This document shows positions 18,437-27,094 of a stretch of 49,395 nt of DNA, piece after piece (within the stretch, counting starts at the first letter, position 1; every line of letters starts with the position of its first letter). Below the pieces are notes generated by a model. It was not told the origin of the DNA and made no database searches. It saw nothing but the letters and a program-made list of their open reading frames with translations. The position numbers and the translations under genes were made by a program. This stretch comes from Methanothrix sp. (GTDB lineage Archaea; Halobacteriota; Methanosarcinia; Methanotrichales; Methanotrichaceae): assembly GCA_035402785.1 (NCBI GenBank), contig DAONDW010000001.1:1-49395 (forward strand), written 5' to 3'.

Positions 18437-19248
18437 GCCCAGGAGATCGTATGTCAAAGGGGCTTGACTTCATGCTGAAAGGCATTGGTCCGAAAGGCAA
18501 GACTTCTGAGTCTGGAGACCAGCTTCAGGAGTCAGGAGTCATGACTCAGGAGTCAGTAGCAGAAAGTCGGGACAGGAGCGAGCAGCTTCAAGATGCCAGA
18601 GCCCAGAGTCAGGAGTCAACAGTCACGACTCAAGACTCAGGAAGTACAGTATCTAAAGAAAAGGATGTGAGCCCTGAGTCAGGCGTCGGCCTTCAGGAGC
18701 CCAGAGTCGTGACTCAGGAGTCCGTAGACGAGACTCAAGATACAAGCGTCGCGCATCAAGACACCAGCACCCAGAGTCAGGAGTCAAGATTCAAGACTCC
18801 AGAGTTAGGAATTGAGCGTCCCAAAGAGATTGAAGTGAGACAAGAGCCAAACATCAGGCGTCCGGAGTCAGTAGTCCTGACTCATGAGTCAAGTATCAGG
18901 ATTCAAGACCCAGCAACCCAGCTTCAGGAAACTAGATCCAAGAGTCATGAAGCGAAAGATAAGTCCAGAGTCATGACTCAGGAGTCAGGATTCATGACAG
19001 AAGACATAATAGATCAGGCAGTTGCCCAGGCCCTGAAGGCACCCAAGATCTCGCTCTATTCCCCCCTGCTACTTGCAGTCCTGGAAAGCCAGCAATTGAT
19101 GCTCTTAAACCGCAAGGAGGTAACTCTCCTGCAATACCGCAAATCCACTAAGGCCCGGGAGCTGGTGGAGAACGCCCTCAAGGAAGCTTACCCGGAGCTG
19201 TGCGAGAAGATATTGAATCGCATTAATGAAGGAAATGGGAAGAAGTGA
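18433..19248 (+). CDS. Putative partition partner protein with low-complexity QES repeats and a C-terminal possible DNA-binding domain
   Basis: ATGA-coupled to parA; N-terminal SKGLDFML resembles ParA-stimulating GL..L peptides; repeats such as QESGVMT. Confidence 0.7.
   Translation: MSPGDRMSKGLDFMLKGIGPKGKTSESGDQLQESGVMTQESVAESRDRSEQLQDARAQSQESTVTTQDSGSTVSKEKDVSPESGVGLQEPRVVTQESVDETQDTSVAHQDTSTQSQESRFKTPELGIERPKEIEVRQEPNIRRPESVVLTHESSIRIQDPATQLQETRSKSHEAKDKSRVMTQESGFMTEDIIDQAVAQALKAPKISLYSPLLLAVLESQQLMLLNRKEVTLLQYRKSTKARELVENALKEAYPELCEKILNRINEGNGKK
18505..19000 (+). repeat. Array of degenerate 7-bp repeats (CAGGAGT/CATGACT/CAAGACT) inside the coding sequence
   Basis: e.g. CAGGAGT CAGGAGT CATGACT CAGGAGT at ~18526; CCAGAGT CATGACT CAGGAGT CAGGATT CATGACA at ~18965. 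Confidence 0.8.
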
Positions 19249-19297
19249 ATGAAAGCGGGGAAAATGACTGCCTTGGTTTACAAGAGGGACGAAATCT

Positions 19298-19603
19298 CTA
19301 ATCCACTAAACTGAAGCTCTCCGGCCATGGCCCATATTCACCCTTGCATGACCGAACTTCTGGTCGGCTTCGCTCCTGGAGCATTACCTCTACTTCAGAG
19401 ATGGTGATGCTGAAGACCTCGGCCAGGATCTCCATGGCCGTCTGGAGCTCCAGGACTTTGGGATTCACCCAGGGAGCCTTTACAGAACGCTGCACCAATT
19501 GCCTCTGCTTCTGAGGACCCATTATCTGCTCAAGAACTTCTGCCATAGTATGCCTACTTAGTTTGTGAGCATAAGTAGTTTGGCCGGAAAATGATATCAG
19601 CAA
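19298..19603 (-). CDS. Hypothetical protein; true start probably the internal ATG (MAEVLEQ)
   Basis: ORF with helical character. Confidence 0.55.
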   Translation of the reverse strand: MLISFSGQTTYAHKLSRHTMAEVLEQIMGPQKQRQLVQRSVKAPWVNPKVLELQTAMEILAEVFSITISEVEVMLQERSRPEVRSCKGEYGPWPESFSLVD

Positions 19604-19725
19604 GCCATTTTTACATAAAAGGATTAGATGGATTACATAAAAGCAAGATGGTAAGTATAGCCGATTAGATATGGTTTACCTTCTTTACTGCCTCTGGTCA
19701 ATTCAGCAAGAGGATTCAAGCGGCC

Positions 19726-20001
19726 TTAGACTGCAACTTCATCCTCGGATTTAGCATTAGATGCAAGGAGCGACCTAAACGCATTGCAATGCTCCAATGC
19801 CTCCAATCCTTTCGACGTGGTCCTGTACTTGACGTTGTCTGCTTCTAATACGCTAAGCAGACCTGCATCAATTAGTTGCTCGAGATAAATCCTTACTGTG
19901 CGAAAGTTAAGGTTGCATTGGTAAACAATTTTTGTCAATCCGACAGGCTCTCTGCATAGCTCCAGGATTGATTCCAGAATTTCTTCCTTACTTCTTTTCA
20001 T
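19726..20001 (-). CDS. Archaeal winged-HTH transcriptional regulator
   Basis: KRSKEEI..SILELC...TKIVYQCNLNF..V..YL..L...GLL...Y.TT.KG pattern. Confidence 0.88.
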   Translation of the reverse strand: MKRSKEEILESILELCREPVGLTKIVYQCNLNFRTVRIYLEQLIDAGLLSVLEADNVKYRTTSKGLEALEHCNAFRSLLASNAKSEDEVAV

Positions 20002-20234
20002 GATCTAAGATCAGTATCTTAATTCCTATAAACAACTTTCTACAGTAATCGGTTGCATTTGGCAACGGTCAAAATTGGAGATTTATCTTTTTGATTTAAT
20101 AATATTAAATTGCTATTATAATTGATTCTGCTTTGATTCGCTGCTATACCGTACACTAAAGCTAGCGAAACACTACTACCCGACCGCTTGATTGAACCAA
20201 TTAGTTGTATTTCTTACTTCCTTATCATAACAAT

Positions 20235-20903
20235 TCAGGCGTTCCCTATTGGATCCTTGAAGAATACTATCCTGATCTCTTCCATTATCGACCGTTGCCT
20301 TGAGTTACGATCACTCTCCATTTTTATAATATTTGATTCGTTAATGTCTTCAGCTATTCCGGTTAGTCTTGTGGTTTGACGCCCATCATTCGGAGTATGA
20401 CTACATGCCAAGGCAGGGCATATTTGTTCAGCTCTCTTCAAAGCTCTTATAGTGTCGCGGCGGCTTGGAGGCTTTCCTTCACGCCCTGCTATGAAATCTC
20501 TTGCCTGGCAGGAATTGAAAGCAATCATTTTCTTTCCCTGAGCGATGGATCTTATGTGATCTACAATAGCGCAGGCTCTCAATTGAATCTTTGTCACTGC
20601 TTGCTGAATTTTTCCGTCTTCTGCAGGTGCAGATGCGGGCCTTGTCTTCAGAGCGTTGTTGATATGCCAAATCTCCTTTTTGATATAAGCATTGAGAAGA
20701 AGAAGCCTTCTAATAGGCGATTTCTCTTTTTTGACAGCATTGCTTGCCTTGGTATTCATCTCAGCCAGTTCACGGCCTCGCAGAATTCCGTTCTCCTTGA
20801 GAACCTCATTCAATGTATCGTAGACCTGAATCAAGTCCTCAAATAGGGCTTGAAGCTCTGAGATGGGGATCTCGACGATCTCTTCAGTCTGGGGGAAGTC
20901 CAT
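20235..20903 (-). CDS. Hypothetical helical protein with a C-terminal wHTH-like region; paralog of 21908-22864
   Basis: Shared motifs, e.g. IAGREGKPPSRRDTIRALKRA vs ISAKEEKKIYREQGLRAMRRA. Confidence 0.7.
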   Translation of the reverse strand: MDFPQTEEIVEIPISELQALFEDLIQVYDTLNEVLKENGILRGRELAEMNTKASNAVKKEKSPIRRLLLLNAYIKKEIWHINNALKTRPASAPAEDGKIQQAVTKIQLRACAIVDHIRSIAQGKKMIAFNSCQARDFIAGREGKPPSRRDTIRALKRAEQICPALACSHTPNDGRQTTRLTGIAEDINESNIIKMESDRNSRQRSIMEEIRIVFFKDPIGNA

Positions 20904-20976
20904 TCAGACCGCCTCCGTAAAACAGGAAGATGCGTGTCCATACTGCGCTACATTGCCTGGGATGGAATCGCTGTCA

Positions 20977-21090
20977 GGCTCTGATGCAAAGCTATTTATT
21001 CTATGCAAAGCTACATTTGTCATACGCAAACGCTCCTTCTCGGAGTTTCCCTGTCCAGGTGTTACGAGCACCTGGACCGGAACCAATTTT
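20977..21090 (+). repeat. Promoter-hairpin unit 1 (candidate small RNA gene)
   Basis: GGCTCTGATGCAAA + TATTTAT + hairpin GTCCAGGTG/CACCTGGAC (21053-21077) + T-run. Confidence 0.55.
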
Positions 21091-21209
21091 ACTAGCTATT
21101 ATTGATTGTAAATGATTTTAATTATGAAGATATTTTCTGGATATTCGCGACTTTACAAGAAAATATTTTAATTTTGTTGATAAAATCTTCTAGTAGATCG
21201 TCGCTTAGC

Positions 21210-21322
21210 GGCTCTGATGCAAAACTATATATCCCAGCTAAAGCTATCTCTATCATAATCGAATTCCGTTCTTAGGGATTTTCGGTCCAGGGGTTCCAGC
21301 CCTGGACTGAAATGTATTTTAT
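21210..21322 (+). repeat. Promoter-hairpin unit 2 (candidate small RNA gene)
   Basis: GGCTCTGATGCAAA + TATATAT + hairpin TTTCGGTCCAGGG/CCCTGGACTGAAA (21280-21312) + T-run. Confidence 0.55.
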
Positions 21323-21401
21323 CTACGTTTCATTCCAGTCATTCTATACTATCGTCTACATTTTTCTGGGTTATGCTTAAAGCTCGATCTAGTTTTGAAT
21401 G

Positions 21402-21563
21402 CTAGTTTGGAAGCGCTAGATTGTCGGCTTCTTTAAGCTTAGTTAAGGCATACTCCATTGCATGAGTTCTGCTGGCAAAGCGACTCTTGTCCACTTCTTT
21501 ATCTACCCAATCGACAAGGTCTCTTTTGATAGATGCCGTAACTTTTACCTTCCCTTCACCCAT
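21402..21563 (-). CDS. Ribbon-helix-helix (CopG-like) regulator, 53 aa, below the ORF-track cutoff
   Basis: Hand translation MGEGKVKVTASIKRDLVDWVDKEVDKSRFASRTHAMEYALTKLKEADNLALPN fits the strand-helix-SR-helix pattern. Confidence 0.8.
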   Translation of the reverse strand: MGEGKVKVTASIKRDLVDWVDKEVDKSRFASRTHAMEYALTKLKEADNLALPN

Positions 21564-21907
21564 ATAGAAATCCTTCTTCATTTGGCGTATTTAAGCGTAT
21601 TCTATGTTTTTCTATGAAGATTTTCTAATAAATTCTCTTTATTATATTCTCTCTTTCTTACAAAGTTGGACTAAATGAATATCAAGATCTTAATTATAAT
21701 GGGCAAAAATGTCTTTTCATTTGGCTCAACTTCTCAGATAGACGTTTCCTTTGAGGCCATTGCTTCGCGACTTACTATTGTCACAACTTGTTACATCGCT
21801 TGTTTCTCTCTAGACCCCTCATACTCCCCGACCTAAGGCCCCGAGATAAATAATCCGTAAACTAACATAACATCCTGTTATCTGCCGTATTCCTGTACTA
21901 ATTTCTC

Positions 21908-22864
21908 TTAAAAGGTCAAAGCATCCCTGAAGATTCCCCCTATTGTGCAAACTAATCCTTCCGGCAGCTCGTCGAAGGATTGTAACAAACTGTGACAATA
22001 ACAAATCATGTAACAAACTGTTATCATGCATTGGCGGGCTAAATTCGTGCTGAAGCCCTCTCTGATTCTGATGATCCTGGCCGCCTTGCCTTTTTTCTCA
22101 AAATTGACTTTATCCGGGAAAAGCACTGCAGCGCGGCGCATGGCTCGCAGGCCCTGTTCCCGGTAGATCTTCTTCTCCTCTTTGGCGGAGATGATCCTTA
22201 TGGTATCGTTAGTAGTAAGCTGTTTCAATTTGCGATCCGTTACAAACGCTTCCATGAGGACCTCGGCTCGCCAGGTTTCGACAGTGGTCAAATTCAGCCT
22301 GGGCCTGCGCAGAATAAATGTTACAACGGAGCGCTCCAGGTCGGCCAACTGGCGCAGCGCGTTCACCGGCGTTATAATGTTTCGCTTTTTGGCCGCTTCT
22401 ATGGCCTGCCACTCCTTCTTGACGTGGGCGTAGAGGCTCTTTGTCTCTGGGGTGGCGGGGAGCTGCTCCAGGGCTTTCAGGCATTCATCCAGTCCCTGGC
22501 GCTGCTCGGAGAAAAGGGTCCAGAAAACATCCTGCAACTCCTCTATCAGGGCCTCCATCTTCTTGTTGGCCTTCTCCAGCTTCTCCTTTTCGAAGCCCTC
22601 TATAGCATTATTTAGCTCCTGGTCTGGTTTGTTGCGCGCCTTATTGATGGCGATGAGCTCTTCTTTTCCCTGCTGAAGCTTCCAGGATAGGCTCAGGATG
22701 CCTTCGTTCTGCTGGGCAATGAGCGAGTCTTGCTCCATTATCCTTGCCTCGAGCTCTCCGATGGTCCTCTTGAGCTGGGCTGGCTCAGATGAAGAAAGCT
22801 CCTGCGCAGTGCGAAAAGAGTTTATATCTGGGACAACAACCTGATTCATGCCTGAAAACCTCAA
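21908..22864 (-). CDS. Coiled-coil protein with a C-terminal wHTH-like region
   Basis: Heptad-rich N-terminal half; C-terminus similar to 20235-20903. Confidence 0.75.
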   Translation of the reverse strand: MRFSGMNQVVVPDINSFRTAQELSSSEPAQLKRTIGELEARIMEQDSLIAQQNEGILSLSWKLQQGKEELIAINKARNKPDQELNNAIEGFEKEKLEKANKKMEALIEELQDVFWTLFSEQRQGLDECLKALEQLPATPETKSLYAHVKKEWQAIEAAKKRNIITPVNALRQLADLERSVVTFILRRPRLNLTTVETWRAEVLMEAFVTDRKLKQLTTNDTIRIISAKEEKKIYREQGLRAMRRAAVLFPDKVNFEKKGKAARIIRIREGFSTNLARQCMITVCYMICYCHSLLQSFDELPEGLVCTIGGIFRDALTF

Positions 22865-23169
22865 TCCGTCCCGAGATTCATGACTTCAACTCCGGTGCGT
22901 GTTGTGGTGCGAACCTCCCAAGACTCGCATCAGGCCTCGGAGAGCTTGGGCAGCTCTCCGTGACAATCAATCCTAATTTAGTTTTATATGTTATAATGTT
23001 ACTTTTGGGGTTGCGCCAGTCCGATAGATTCTGATATCTTGCTAAAATAACTCTAAAAAAAGATACATTAGTGAATCCGGTACGGACGCAAAGCCTTTTA
23101 TCTCTTTGCTTAGCATATTTCATTGACTTGCCCCTTTACTTCTAGGTTAGCTATGGCTAGTTCAAGCAC

Positions 23170-23268
23170 TAGGCGTTCGGCAGGTCGGCACATCGCCATC
23201 TCACCACAGGCGTTGGCAGCTTCGTGGCGAAGGAGCCCACACTCCTTCGTCGCGAGGACCTGACACCT
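23170..23268 (+). other. Multi-stem structured non-coding element
   Basis: CAGGTC(23181)/GACCTG(23257) encloses CGCC/GGCG and CTTCGTGGCGAAGGAG/CTCCTTCGTCGCGAGG stems. Confidence 0.5.
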
Positions 23269-23490
23269 TATCATTGATCCGTATTACTTATTCTGAATTA
23301 CTCGTTGCCATCAAAATATAAAACTGTTTTGGCTTGTGTTTACATGCCCATCAATCGAGTCCTATTATGAGTAGTCGTTATGCTTCAAGTGGTTACTAAT
23401 TTTTGCTTGAATATAACTAAGTATTAGTTTATGAGCTATACTGCTACAACTTTTAAATAGTCGGACCATTTTTGAGTTAGCGGTGAGGCA

Positions 23491-23670
23491 TTGAGTCTCT
23501 TTCTGTGTGTGGGCGCAGGAAGGACAAGAGACCTGCTAATAGCGCCTTACCAAGACGGTTTGCAGAAGAATGTGGTGAGAGAGATGTGCCAAATTTTGGG
23601 TGTCAATAGCCTAAGCGCTGAGGCTCATGAGTCCGGGCGAAGGGTTTCTTCAATGAGGATGGTCTCATGA
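23491..23670 (+). CDS. Small hypothetical protein (59 aa, TTG start)
   Basis: GGTGAGG SD-like sequence and TTTTAAATA upstream; ATGA overlap with the next ORF. Confidence 0.4.
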   Translation: MSLFLCVGAGRTRDLLIAPYQDGLQKNVVREMCQILGVNSLSAEAHESGRRVSSMRMVS

Positions 23671-23837
23671 AGAAGGAATTTGTCGGGATTCTCCAGGCCA
23701 GTTTTGGGATGATGGGCTCAGTTCGTCTAAACCTGGAGCTGCCCGGATCTTTTATCGGAGACACAAACCAGTTCCTGGAGGGGGCTAGAGGAAAGCGCGT
23801 CCTGGTAACCGTGGAAACCCAGGAGGTGAACGCTTGA
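23667..23837 (+). CDS. Small hypothetical protein (MKKEFVGILQAS...VLVTVETQEVNA)
   Basis: 56-aa hand-translated ORF coupled to neighbours on both sides. Confidence 0.6.
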   Translation: MKKEFVGILQASFGMMGSVRLNLELPGSFIGDTNQFLEGARGKRVLVTVETQEVNA

Positions 23838-24103
23838 AGATGTGCCGCCCCTGTTCTGAGGCCCTGGGAAGTACCAGGACCGCTTTGGAGGAGATCGCAT
23901 CCCGCCTCAGGGCAGACGAGTATGACATGCGCAGCTTCCCATCCGATCTGAGAATGAGCTTCATGGTCTTGGCTGAAATGGCCCGCATGATGCATCTTCC
24001 TGGGCTGGATAAGGATATCGCTGCCCTGGCCAAGGCCTTTATGGACCAGGTTGAGCCCCTCCATGCAGATATATCTGATCTTATTTTGGAGGTTAAGAAG
24101 TGA
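23834..24103 (+). CDS. Hypothetical protein
   Basis: Strong SD GGAGGTGA before the TTG start. Confidence 0.7.
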   Translation: MKMCRPCSEALGSTRTALEEIASRLRADEYDMRSFPSDLRMSFMVLAEMARMMHLPGLDKDIAALAKAFMDQVEPLHADISDLILEVKK

Positions 24104-24211
24104 ACCCAACCTCCCCTTATCACAAATCCTTAAATATAATAAGAATCAATGTTTCTTATAATGTTCAGGCTTCCCGGCCCGTGAGCAGATCTCTTCTGGG
24201 GGACTCTATCG

Positions 24212-24511
24212 ATGTTACTTGAGCCCCTACGGGAGCCTGGGACAAGACTTGCCACTGAGTATCATGGTGGCAAAGCAGGCCGTTTCTGGGGTTTTGAAAA
24301 GGTGGTTCTCGAAGAGATTACCATCTATCGGCCTCGGATGTGCCCGCATTGCAAGCAGGAGGCAGTAGTTTTCGACGAGCGAGATTTCCCCTATTGCCCG
24401 AGCTGCGGCACTGAACCTTTCAAGGTCCAGTTAAAGAGGAGATCAAGGCCGGATATAGAGCGTTACAGGAGGCTAAAAGAGCAGAAAAGAGGCAGAATAA
24501 TATATAAATAA
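24212..24511 (+). CDS. Zinc-ribbon protein
   Basis: CPHC...CPSC motif with a basic tail; start uncertain. Confidence 0.6.
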   Translation: MLLEPLREPGTRLATEYHGGKAGRFWGFEKVVLEEITIYRPRMCPHCKQEAVVFDERDFPYCPSCGTEPFKVQLKRRSRPDIERYRRLKEQKRGRIIYK

Positions 24512-24534
24512 TGAATGCCAGACATGTTCTTTAG

Positions 24535-24729
24535 ATGGATGAAACAGATCTATTCAAAGAGATGGCCAGGCTCGATGCCGAGCTTCTGGATCTGATGAAG
24601 GATTCCCCGGAGCTGGAGGAGATCTATGCCGAGGAGATGGGCGAAGATCCCGGCTCTGTGGTCTACCTCCCCCGAGCCCCAACTCCAGAAGACTGGGCTC
24701 GTGCTCAGGAATTAGCCAAACGAAAATAG
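24535..24729 (+). CDS. Small acidic hypothetical protein
   Basis: TATATAAATA about 25 bp upstream. Confidence 0.6.
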   Translation: MDETDLFKEMARLDAELLDLMKDSPELEEIYAEEMGEDPGSVVYLPRAPTPEDWARAQELAKRK

Positions 24730-24739
24730 AGGATTTTTT

Positions 24740-25036
24740 ATGTCTTTCAGGCCAAGGGACACATTACTGAAATTAGCGGACGCTGGAGTCGATCCCGATT
24801 CGCTCCTAATTCTGGAGCGCCATGAGAAGGTGGATTACATAGAGCTGGGCCTTCCCAGCCAGATAATAGCCAAGGTTCTGCAGATCGAGGGAGTTCTCAT
24901 GTCAAAGGGCAAGAAGAGGATCAATTATCATAAACAACGCAGCGTCTGGGGCAGAGGTCCTCATTACTCTGTTTTGAGGGACCACTACAAGAAAAATAGG
25001 ATGGAGTTTCGCACGGCTCGCGGACTGCCTTTGTGA
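24740..25036 (+). CDS. Hypothetical basic protein
   Basis: GAGG SD; in an operon with 24535-24729. Confidence 0.65.
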   Translation: MSFRPRDTLLKLADAGVDPDSLLILERHEKVDYIELGLPSQIIAKVLQIEGVLMSKGKKRINYHKQRSVWGRGPHYSVLRDHYKKNRMEFRTARGLPL

Positions 25037-25299
25037 TGCGTCTTTGCATAGCGATTATTGTAACAAATCTATTCAGCAGAATTTTATAAGCATCTTTTCC
25101 AGCCCGTAAAGCATGGGTTTGCGCGCTAAGAAAGACTCATTCATATAGTGTCTGGTATCGCGCTGGTCCAGGAGGTTAATTCGTCCAGGCTTTTTATCCC
25201 GGCCTGAGACTAATGTCATGATATAACTTCTATAAATTTAGCCAAAAGTCTGGCGAGGATAGGAGCTATTCTTTGTCTTGGCCTCCTTTGAGCTAAAAT

Positions 25300-25573
25300 A
25301 CGACGATCACCGGAAAGCTGGGGCCGGGTTGGTGCAATATACTGCATTTTCCCTCACTAAGAAAAATCCGCTCCTTTTTTCTTCTCGACCTCAGCCCGGA
25401 AATGACCGCTCTTTGGGTGACACGCCGTCTATCTCTGCGGAGCCCTCTGTCTGCCCTCTGGGCGGTCTCGCTTTAAAAGATGCCGTTTGCCGGCAGATCG
25501 AGCATGAAGGCACGGGGACGCAAGCGTCCCGGGAATACCCAGGGATCGGCCTGGGAATCAGGAGAAAAGATCG
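25300..25573 (+). ncRNA. Candidate structured RNA / 5' leader of the late operon
   Basis: Stems CCGGGTTG/CAGCCCGG, CTGCCC/GGGCGG, TGCCG/CGGCA, GGGACG/CGTCCC, CCCAGG/CCTGGG. Confidence 0.4.
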
Positions 25574-25840
25574 ATGACGGGAATGATAGATGATGCAGGT
25601 TCTAAACTGTTAACCGCAGGAATTGTCTCTCTAAAATTGGCTAACCCGAATGCTTGGGCTGCATTCAAGAGAAGCCTCAAGTGCGTGGCTATGGGCGTCT
25701 GTGCCCTGGATGAGATAACGGATGATGACAAGGTGTCATCCGAGGAGATTTCCAAGGTTCTGGCAATGGCCAGGGACTACGGAGCCGTCCGGACTCTGCA
25801 AGATATGTTGTGGGGCTTGCTGAAACATGTGAAGGGATAA
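25574..25840 (+). CDS. Hypothetical viral protein
   Basis: AGGAG SD; 88-aa ORF. Confidence 0.65.
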   Translation: MTGMIDDAGSKLLTAGIVSLKLANPNAWAAFKRSLKCVAMGVCALDEITDDDKVSSEEISKVLAMARDYGAVRTLQDMLWGLLKHVKG

Positions 25841-25896
25841 GGCATCTCTTCATGAAAAATTCTACCAGCGAGGTGGGGGGAGAGGAGGAGTAATAT

Positions 25897-26391
25897 TTGT
25901 ATCCTTATTCAAAACTATTGCCAATCATTATTTGCATCCTTTTTCTGCATTTCTGCCCTGGCCAATGCACGATAGAGTTTCGAGAAGATTTCATGGGGGA
26001 GGGAGATCTTCAGACTCAGGCAGACTATAATGGAGTAAAAGGCGGAGTTCTTACGAGGGGTGCAGAGTCCATCTACTACGGCCAGGTCTTAACATCTGCT
26101 CAGAACTTCCAAGGACTGAGAGCCATAGGCAATCAGAGTAGTTACTATGTAGCTACAGAGGACCATTCTTTGCGGATCCATAATTCTTCTGATCTAAATG
26201 CCACAGCTAAAATCTTGTCATCTTTAGACGGAGAGAATTTGACCAGAACTACATTCTTCTCTGCTTCTGGAAATGGTAAGGTTCGGGAGAAGGTTCTTAC
26301 GCCAGGTAAGTTTAGCCGGTCCGTGGAGATCTCCAGCTTGTGGCACTCCGGCAAGTTCAAGCTCAATTCTACGGTGGTGGTGGGATCGTAG
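25897..26391 (+). CDS. Predicted secreted beta-rich protein
   Basis: GAGGAG SD with TTG start; hydrophobic signal peptide; several N-x-S/T sequons. Confidence 0.65.
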   Translation: MYPYSKLLPIIICILFLHFCPGQCTIEFREDFMGEGDLQTQADYNGVKGGVLTRGAESIYYGQVLTSAQNFQGLRAIGNQSSYYVATEDHSLRIHNSSDLNATAKILSSLDGENLTRTTFFSASGNGKVREKVLTPGKFSRSVEISSLWHSGKFKLNSTVVVGS

Positions 26392-26558
26392 ACCCACTAA
26401 CCGCTAAAAGCAAAGCAGAAGCCCGGCTGAAGAGGAAAAGGCAAAGCATGCCTACATTGCAGTATCATCTGCCTCCTGAAATAGCAAATAGAAAGTTCGA
26501 CCTGAACCAAACCAAGTTCTTGGCCAGGTATGCTGGCATGATAAGAGGCCCAGATTAA
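26340..26558 (+). CDS. Small basic hypothetical protein; start uncertain, probably near 26385
   Basis: DPLTAKSKAEARLKRKRQ...; fills the operon gap. Confidence 0.4.
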   Translation: MALRQVQAQFYGGGGIVDPLTAKSKAEARLKRKRQSMPTLQYHLPPEIANRKFDLNQTKFLARYAGMIRGPD

Positions 26559-26571
26559 GGAGAATTGACAA

Positions 26572-26847
26572 ATGGCTAATGAAGATGAAGGATTCGGCTG
26601 CTGCGGAGTATCTCCAACCGGAGCCCAGGCAGCAGAGTGCATAGTGCAGAACCTTGAAGACAGAATCATACCATGCGGAACAAGGAAACCAGCAGGCCAG
26701 GAGAGGCTTTACAGAACGACTACTCAGCTCTGGCTTACCAGGCAGGGATTCATAGCCTGGTCAAAGAAGCAAGGCAAAGGTGTTGATCCAATCTGTTGGT
26801 TCACGGAGATGGGACACGGTCCAGTCCCGGATGATGCAAAGGACTGA
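26572..26847 (+). CDS. Cys-containing hypothetical protein
   Basis: AAGGAG SD; 91-aa ORF. Confidence 0.65.
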   Translation: MANEDEGFGCCGVSPTGAQAAECIVQNLEDRIIPCGTRKPAGQERLYRTTTQLWLTRQGFIAWSKKQGKGVDPICWFTEMGHGPVPDDAKD

Positions 26848-26997
26848 GCAAGATTGCAACAAAATTGCGAGCGTAGTGCAGCGATCCCGGCTAAGGTAGT
26901 TCGGCAAGTAAAGGCCATCCGGAGGCTCATTAACTTTTTGATTCGCTTGGAACAGCATATCATAGAAGATGCTAAAAAAAGGGATTCTCCTTAACTT

Positions 26998-27084
26998 TGC
27001 ATCATTTTGCATCACTGCATCATTTTGCATCATTGGACTACTGCATCTCGAATATCTTTGCATCACTGCATCAAATCTGCATCA
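26998..27084 (+). repeat. Cluster of eight TGCATC(A) direct repeats upstream of the putative terS
   Basis: Copies at 26998, 27008, 27016, 27026, 27042, 27059, 27067, 27078. Confidence 0.85.
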
Positions 27085-27094
27085 GGACTACTTT

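Noticed and set aside
22878-23123. 81-aa minus-strand ORF upstream of the coiled-coil gene
   Set aside because: Has a possible SD, but the sequence is AT-rich and motif-free and overlaps likely promoter DNA; insufficient support
26998-27084. Mini-CRISPR array
   Set aside because: Repeats are only 6-7 bp with 1-11 bp gaps; no spacer-sized unique sequences
26969-27094. N-terminal extension of terS (FASFCITASFCII...)
   Set aside because: It is the translation of the TGCATCA repeats; ATG 27095 is the more plausible start
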